From the NCBI GenBank assembly GCA_964016885.1, contig OZ024740.1, positions 318,122,001 through 318,186,000 of the forward strand: a DNA stretch of 64,000 nt, in the 5' to 3' direction. The notes beneath the pieces are model-generated. The model did no database searches and had not been told where the DNA came from. It saw only the letters and a list, made by a program, of their open reading frames with translations. Positions 56,140 through 64,000 of the stretch are shown piece after piece. This DNA comes from Eledone cirrhosa. Taxonomy: Eukaryota. How positions within the stretch are numbered: the stretch's first letter is position 1; each line of letters opens with the position of its first letter. Both the position numbers and the translations under genes were made by a program.

Positions 56140-59100
56140 TACATTCTATCTAACATTCTAACGACTCTACCAATTCGAAGCCTTTTTACTACATTACTCA
56201 CAACAAATAATTCAGGATTGCCCCGTCTATTTCCACAACTTACATTCTACCTGACATACTAACGACTCTACCAATTCGCTGTCTTTCTACTACAATACTC
56301 ACAACAAATAATCCAGGATTGTCTCGTCTATTTCCACAACTTACATTCTATCTGATATTCTAACGACTCTACCAATTCGAAGTCTTTCTACTACAATACT
56401 AACAACAAATAATCCAGGATTGTCTCTTCTGTTTCCACAACTTACATTCTATCTAACATTCTAACAACTCCACCAATTCGAAATCTTTCTACTACAATAC
56501 TCACAACAAATAATACAGGATTGGCTCGTCTATTTCCACAACTTACATTCTATCTGACGTTCTAACGACTCTACCAATTCGCTGTATTTCTACTACAATA
56601 CTCACAACAAATAATCCAGCACTGTTTCGTCTATTTCCACAACTCACATTCTATCTGACATTCTAACGACTCTACCAATTCGAAGTCTTTCTACTACAAT
56701 ACTCACAACAAATAATCCAGGAATATCTCGTCTATTTCCACAACTTAAATTCTATCTGACTTTGAAACGACTCTAACAATTCGAAGTCTTTCTACTACAA
56801 TACTCAGAACAAATAATCCAGGTTTGTCTCGTCTATTTCCACAACTTACATTCTATCTAACATTCTAACGACTCTACCAATTCGAAGCCTTTTTACTAAA
56901 TAACTCACAACAAATAATTCAGGATTGTCTCGTCTATTTCCACAAATTACGTTCTATCTGACATTCTAAAGACTCTACCAATTCGCTGTCTTTCTACTAC
57001 AATACTCGCAACAAATAATCGAGGATTGTCTCGTCTATTTCCACAACTTACATTCTATCTGATATTCTAACGACTCTACCAATTCGAAGTCTTTCTACTA
57101 CAATACCAACAACAAATAATCCAGGATTGTCTCTTCTATTTCCACAACTTACATTCTATCTGACATTCTAACGACTCTACCAATTCGCTGTATTTCTACT
57201 ACAATACTCACATCAAATAATCCAGGATTGTCTCGTCTATTTCCGCAACATACATTCTATCTGACATTCTATCGACTCTACCAATTCGCTGTCTTTCTAC
57301 TACAATACTCAACAAATAATCCAGGACTGTCTCGTCTATTTCCACAACTTACGTTCTATCTGACATTCTAAAGACTCTAACAATTCGAAGTTTTTCTACT
57401 ACAATACTCAGAACAAATAATCCAGGTTTGTCTCGTCTATTTCCACAACTTACATTCTATCTAACATTCTAACGACTCTACCAATTCGAAGCCTTTTTAC
57501 TACATTACTCACAACAAATAATTCAGGATTGCCCCGTCTATTTCCACAACTTACATTCTACCTGACATTCTAACGACTCTACCAATTCGCTGTCTTTCTA
57601 CTACAATACTCACAACAAATAATCCAGGATTGTCTCGTCTATTTCCACAACTTACATTCTATCTGATATTCTAACGACTCTACCAATTCGAAGTCTTTCT
57701 ACTACAATACTAACAACAAATAATCCAGGATTGCCTCTTCTATTTCCACAACTTACATTCTATCTAACATTCTAACAACTCCACCAATTCGAAATCTTTC
57801 TACTACAATACTCACAACAAATCATCCAGGATTGTCTCGTCTATTTCCACAACTTACATTCTATCTGATATTCTAACGACTCTACCAATTCGAAGTCTTT
57901 CTACTTCAATACTAACAACAAGTAATCCAGGATTGTCTCTTCTATTTCCACAACTTACATTCTATCTGATATTCTAACGACTCTACCAATTCGAATCTTT
58001 CTACTACAATACTCACAACAAATAATACAGGATTGGCTCGTCTATTTCCACAACTTACATTCTATCTGACGTTCTAACGACTCTACCAATTCGCTGTATT
58101 TCTACTACAATACTCACAGCAAATAATCCAGCACTGTTTCGTCTATTTCCACAACTCACATTCTATCTGACATTCTAACGACTCTACCAATTCGAAGTCT
58201 TTCTACTACAATACTCACAACAAATAATCCAGGAATATCTCGTCTATTTCCACAACTTACATTCTATCTGACATTGAAACGACTCTATCAATTCGAAGTC
58301 TTTCTACTACAATACTCACAACAAATCATCCAGGATTGTCTCGTCTATTTCCACAACTTACATTCTATCTGATATTCTAACGACTCTACCAATCCGAAGT
58401 CTTTCTACTACAATACTCACAACAAATAATCCAGGATTGTCTCGTCTATTTCCACAACTTGCATTCTATCTGACATTCTAACGACTCTACCAATTCAAAG
58501 TCTTTCTACTACAATACTCACAACAAATAATCCAGGATTGTCTCGTCTATTTCCACAAATTACATTCTATCTAACATTCTAACGACTCTACCAATTCGAA
58601 GCCTTTTTACTACATTACTCACAACAAATAATTCAGGATTGCCCCGTCTATTTCCACAACTTACATTCTACCTGACATACTAACGACTCTACCAATTCGC
58701 TGTCTTTCTACTACAATACTCACAACAAATAATCCAGGATTGTCTCGTCTATTTCCACAACTTACATTCTATCTGATATTCTAACGACTCTACCAATTCG
58801 AAGTCTTTCTACTACAATACTAACAACAAATAATCCAGGATTGTCTCTTCTGTTTCCACAACTTACATTCTATCTAACATTCTAACAACTCCACCAATTC
58901 GAAATCTTTCTACTACAATACTCACAACAAATAATACAGGATTGGCTCGTCTATTTCCACAACTTACATTCTATCTGACGTTCTAACGACTCTACCAATT
59001 CGCTGTATTTCTACTACAATACTCACAACAAATAATCCAGCACTGTTTCGTCTATTTCCACAACTCACATTCTATCTGACATTCTAACGACTCTACCAAT

Positions 59101-60985
59101 TCGAAGTCTTTCTACTACAATACTCACAACAAATAATCCAGGAATATCTCGTCTATTTCCACAACTTAAATTCTATCTGACTTTGAAACGACTCTAACAA
59201 TTCGAAGTCTTTCTACTACAATACTCAGAACAAATAATCCAGGTTTGTCTCGTCTATTTCCACAACTTACATTCTATCTAACATTCTAACGACTCTACCA
59301 ATTCGAAGCCTTTTTACTAAATAACTCACAACAAATAATTCAGGATTGTCTCGTCTATTTCCACAAATTACGTTCTATCTGACATTCTAAAGACTCTACC
59401 AATTCGCTGTCTTTCTACTACAATACTCGCAACAAATAATCGAGGATTGTCTCGTCTATTTCCACAACTTACATTCTATCTGATATTCTAACGACTCTAC
59501 CAATTCGAAGTCTTTCTACTACAATACTAACAACAAATAATCCAGGATTGTCTCTTCTATTTCCACAACTTACATTCTATCTGACATTCTAACGACTCTA
59601 CCAATTCGCTGTATTTCTACTACAATACTCACATCAAATAATCCAGGATTGTCTCGTCTATTTCCGCAACATACATTCTATCTGACATTCTATCGACTCT
59701 ACCAATTCGCTGTCTTTCTACTACAATACTCAACAAATAATCCAGGACTGTCTCGTCTATTTCCACAACTTACGTTCTATCTGACATTCTAAAGACTCTA
59801 ACAATTCGAAGTTTTTCTACTACAATACTCAGAACAAATAATCCAGGTTTGTCTCGTCTATTTCCACAACTTACATTCTATCTAACATTCTAACGACTCT
59901 ACCAATTCGAAGCCTTTTTACTACATTACTCACAACAAATAATTCAGGATTGCCCCGTCTATTTCCACAACTTACATTCTACCTGACATTCTAACGACTC
60001 TACCAATTCGCTGTCTTTCTACTACAATACTCACAACAAATAATCCAGGATTGTCTCGTCTATTTCCACAACTTACATTCTATCTGATATTCTAACGACT
60101 CTACCAATTCGAAGTCTTTCTACTACAATACTAACAACAAATAATCCAGGATTGCCTCTTCTATTTCCACAATTTACATTCTATCTAACATTCTAACAAC
60201 TCCACCAATTCGAAATCTTTCTACTACAATACTCACAACAAATCATCCAGGATTGTCTCGTCTATTTCCACAACTTACATTCTATCTGATATTCTAACGA
60301 CTCTACCAATTCGAAGTCTTTCTACTTCAATACTAACAACAAGTAATCCAGGATTGTCTCTTCTATTTCCACAACTTACATTCTATCTGATATTCTAACG
60401 ACTCTACCAATTCGAATCTTTCTACTACAATACTCACAACAAATAATACAGGATTGGCTCGTCTATTTCCACAACTTACATTCTATCTGACGTTCTAACG
60501 ACTCTACCAATTCGCTGTATTTCTACTACAATACTCACAGCAAATAATCCAGCACTGTTTCGTCTATTTCCACAACTCACATTCTATCTGACATTCTAAC
60601 GACTCTACCAATTCGAAGTCTTTCTACTACAATACTCACAACAAATAATCCAGGAATATCTCGTCTATTTCCACAACTTACATTCTATCTGACATTGAAA
60701 CGACTCTATCAATTCGAAGTCTTTCTACTACAATACTCACAACAAATCATCCAGGATTGTCTCGTCTATTTCCACAACTTACATTCTATCTGATATTCTA
60801 ACGACTCTACCAATCCGAAGTCTTTCTACTACAATACTCACAACAAATAATCCAGGATTGTCTCGTCTATTTCCACAACTTGCATTCTATCTGACATTCT
60901 AACGACTCTACCAATTCAAAGTCTTTCTACTACAATACTCACAACAAATAATCCAGGATTGTCTCGTCTATTTCCACAAATTACA
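56140..60985. repeat. Tandem duplication of a 24-monomer block (2421 bp x2)
   Basis: Offset 2421 holds for CTGACATACT 56251/58672, TTTTACTAAA 56891/59312, GAGGATTGTC 57021/59442, AGTAATCCAG 57921/60342 and CAATTCAAAG 58491/60912. Confidence 0.93.
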
Positions 60986-61719
60986 TTCTATCTGTCATTC
61001 TAACGACTCTACCAATTCGCTGTCTTTCTACTACAATACTCACAACAAATAATCCAGGATTGTCTCGTCTATTTCCACAACTTACATTCTATCTGATATT
61101 CTAACGACTCTACCAATTCGAAGTCTTTCTACTACAATACTCACAACAAATAATCCAGGATTGTCTCTTCTATTTTCACAACTTACATTCTATCTAACAT
61201 TCTAACAACTCCACCAATTCGAAATCTTTCTACTACAATACTCACAACAAATCCTCCAGGATTGTCTCGTCTATTTCCACAACTTACATTCTATCTGATA
61301 TTCTAACGACTCTACCAATCCGAAGTCTTTCTACTACAATACTCACAACAAATAATCCAGGATTGTCTCTTCTATTTCCACAACTTACATTCTATCTGAT
61401 ATTCTAACGACTCTACCAATTCGAATCTTTCTACTACAATACTCACAACAAATAATACAGGATTGGCTCGTCTATTTCCACAACTTACATTCTATCTGAC
61501 GTTCTAACGACTCTACCAATTCGCTGTATTTCTACTACAATACTCACAACAAATAATCCAGCACTGTTTCGTCTATTTCCACAACTCACATTCTATCTGA
61601 CATTCTAACGACTCTACCAATTCGAAGTCTTTCTACTACAATACTCACAACAAATAATCCAGGAATATCTCGTCTATTTCCACAACTTAAATTCTATCTG
61701 ACTTTGAAACGACTCTATC

Positions 61720-64000
61720 AATTCGAAGTCTTTCTACTACAATACTAACTTCAAATAATCCAGGATTGTCTCGTCTATTTCCACAACTTACATTCTATCT
61801 GATATTCTAACGACTCTACCAATCCGAAGTCTTTCTACTACAATACTCACAACAAATAATCCAGGATTGTCTCGTCTATTTCCACAACTTGCATTCTATC
61901 TGACATTCTAACGACTCTACCAATTCGAAGTCTTTCTACTACAATACTCACAACAAATAATCCAGGATTGTCTCGTCTATTTCCACAAATTACATTCTAT
62001 CTGACATTCTAACGACTCTACCAATTCGCTGTCTTTCTACTACAATACTCGCAACAAATAATCCAGGATTGTCTCGTCTATTTCCACAACTTACATTCTA
62101 TCTGATATTCTAACGACTCTACCAATTCGAAGTCTTTCTACTACAATACTAACAACAAATAATCCAGGATTGTCTCTTCTATTTCCACAACTTACATTCT
62201 ATCTGACATTCTAACGACTCTACCAATTCGCTGTATTTCTACTACAATGCTCACATCAAATAATCCAGGATTGTCTCGTCTATTTCCGCAACATACATTC
62301 TATCTGACATTCTAACGACTCTACCAATTCGCTGTCTTTCTACTACAATACTCAACAAATAATCCAGGACTGTCTCGTCTATTTCCACAACTTACGTTCT
62401 ATCTGACATTCTAAAGACTCTAACAATTCGAAGTCTTTCTACTACAATACTCAGAACAAATAATCCAGGTTTGTCTCGTCTATTTCCACAACTTACATTC
62501 TATCTAACATTCTAACGACTCAACCAATTCGAAGCCTTTTTACTACATTACTCACAACAAATAATTCAGGATTGCCCCGTCTATTTCCACAACTTACATT
62601 CTACCTGACATTCTAACGACTCTACCAATTCGCTGTCTTTCTACTACAATACTCACAACAAATAATCCAGGATTGTCTCGTCTATTTCCACAACTTACAT
62701 TCTATCTGATATACTAACGACTCTACCAATTCGAAGTCTTTCTACTACAATACTCACAACAAATAATCCAGGATTGTCTCTTCTATTTCCACAACTTACA
62801 TTCTATCTAACATTCTAACAACTCCACCAATTCGAAATCTTTCTACTGCAATACTCACAACAAATCATCCAGGATTGTCTCGCCTATTTCCACAACTTAC
62901 ATTCTATCTTATATTCTAACGACTCTACCAATCCGAAGTCTTTCTACTACAATACTCACAACAAATAATCCAGGATTGTCTCGTCTATTTCCACAACTTG
63001 CATTCTATCTGACATTCTAACGACTCTAACAATTCGAAGTCTTTCTACTACAATACTCACAACAAATAATCCAGGATTGTCTCGTCTATTTCCACAAATT
63101 ACATTCTATCTGACATTTTAACGACTCTACCAATTCGCTGTCTTTCTACTACAATACTCACAACAAATAATCCAGGATTGTCTCGTCTATTTCCACAACT
63201 TACATTCTATCTGATATTCTAACGACTCTACCAATTCGAAGTCTTTCTACTACAATACTCACAACAAATAATCCAGGATTGTCTCGTCTATTTCCACAAC
63301 TTGCATTCTATCTGACATTCTAACGACTCTACCAATTCGAAGTCTTTCTACTACAATACTCACAACAAATAATCCAGGATTGTCTCGTCTATTTCCACGA
63401 ATTACATTCTATCTGACATTCTAACGACTCTACCAATTCGCTGTCTTTCTACTACAATACTCAACAAATAATCCAGGACTGTCTCGTCTATTTCCACAAC
63501 TTACGTTCTATCTGACATTCTAAAGACTCTAACAATTCGAAGTTTTTCTACTACAATACTCAGAACAAATAATCCAGGTTTGTCTCGTCTATTTCCACAA
63601 CTTACATTCTATCTAACATTCTAACGACTCTACCAATTCGAAGCCTTTTTACTACATTACTCACAACAAATAATTCAGGATTGCCCCGTCTATTTCCACA
63701 ACTTACATTCTACCTGACATACTAACGACTCTACCAATTCGCTGTCTTTCTACTACAATACTCACAACAAATAATCCAGGATTGTCTCGTCTATTTCCAC
63801 AACTTACATTCTATCTGATATTCTAACGACTCTACCAATTCGAAGTCTTTCTACTACAATACTAACAACAAATAATCCAGGATTGTCTCTTCTGTTTCCA
63901 CAACTTACATTCTATCTAACATTCTAACAACTCCACCAATTCGAAATCTTTCTACTACAATACTCACAACAAATCATCCAGGATTGTCTCGTCTATTTCC
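61720..64000. repeat. Dispersed copy of about 54260-56500 (offset 7463 bp)
   Basis: ATCTGATATA 55241/62704, TCCACGAATT 55931/63394, CTGACATACT 56251/63714 and TCTGTTT 56428/63891 all share the offset. Confidence 0.88.

Larger units (their letters stand above)
1..64000. repeat. Tandem satellite DNA array, 101-bp monomer, about 635 head-to-tail copies; runs off both window ends
   Basis: Positions 1-101 recur from position 102 and continuously to 64000. Monomers differ from the consensus by a few substitutions. Recurrent length variants are 99 bp (CTCACAAC>CTCAAC), 100 bp (CTAATAAAAATAATCTAGG; GAATCTTT) and 102 bp (AACTTCACATT). I saw no inversion or foreign insertion. Confidence 0.99.

Noticed and set aside
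1-64000. CRISPR array or other repeat-spacer system
   Set aside because: There are no unique spacers. The entire 101 bp is repeated, variation is limited to point changes, and no cas gene or leader is present.
1-64000. Giant repetitive protein-coding gene
   Set aside because: 101 is not a multiple of 3, so every frame meets a stop within three monomers. The + strand has TGA at 5, TAA at 13 and TAA at 62, giving a longest open stretch of about 50 codons with no ATG in the consensus. The - strand also has TAA/TAG stops. Indels of 1-2 bp are tolerated freely.
1-64000. Telomeric repeat or G-quadruplex array
   Set aside because: There is no short TTAGG-type unit, and the consensus has only GG/CC doublets, with no G3 tracts on either strand.
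1-64000. Rolling-circle or sequencing concatemer artefact of one small circle
   Set aside because: Variants are recurrent, linked and hierarchically ordered, as expected of an evolved genomic array and not of random error on a single template. Individual near-perfect duplications still need read support.
1-64000. Monomer variants as a deliberate code, or diversity-generating or phase-variable cassettes
   Set aside because: The order is explained by duplication history. No recombinase, reverse transcriptase, expression site or adenine-specific variation is present in the window.
1-64000. Embedded transposon, inversion or unique island
   Set aside because: None was seen on reading through. 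All deviations are a few bases long, although a very short insertion could have been missed by eye.

Overview
The whole 64 kb window is one uninterrupted head-to-tail tandem satellite array of about 635 copies of a 101-bp monomer, all in the same orientation. The majority consensus is TATCTGACATTCTAACGACTCTACCAATTCGAAGTCTTTCTACTACAATACTCACAACAAATAATCCAGGATTGTCTCGTCTATTTCCACAACTTACATTC (A32 T33 C28 G8, about 36% GC, strongly G-poor on the + strand). I found no supportable CDS, RNA gene, transposon insertion, CRISPR array or unique sequence, and I do not recognise the family or the host. It most resembles eukaryotic centromeric, pericentromeric or other heterochromatic satellite DNA (inference). 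The information lies in the variants. About 15 recurring monomer types occur in fixed-order cassettes. These have been amplified by in-register block duplications of many sizes (periods of 4, 7, 8, 9, 24, 26, 29 and 47 monomers, plus dispersed copies 7.5-7.8 kb and 15.6 kb apart). One of these is a nested duplication whose order of events can be reconstructed. Private variants also divide the array into regional domains. I do not see a new gene-based system here. All offsets were measured by hand from marker variants, and breakpoints are approximate (tens of bp).
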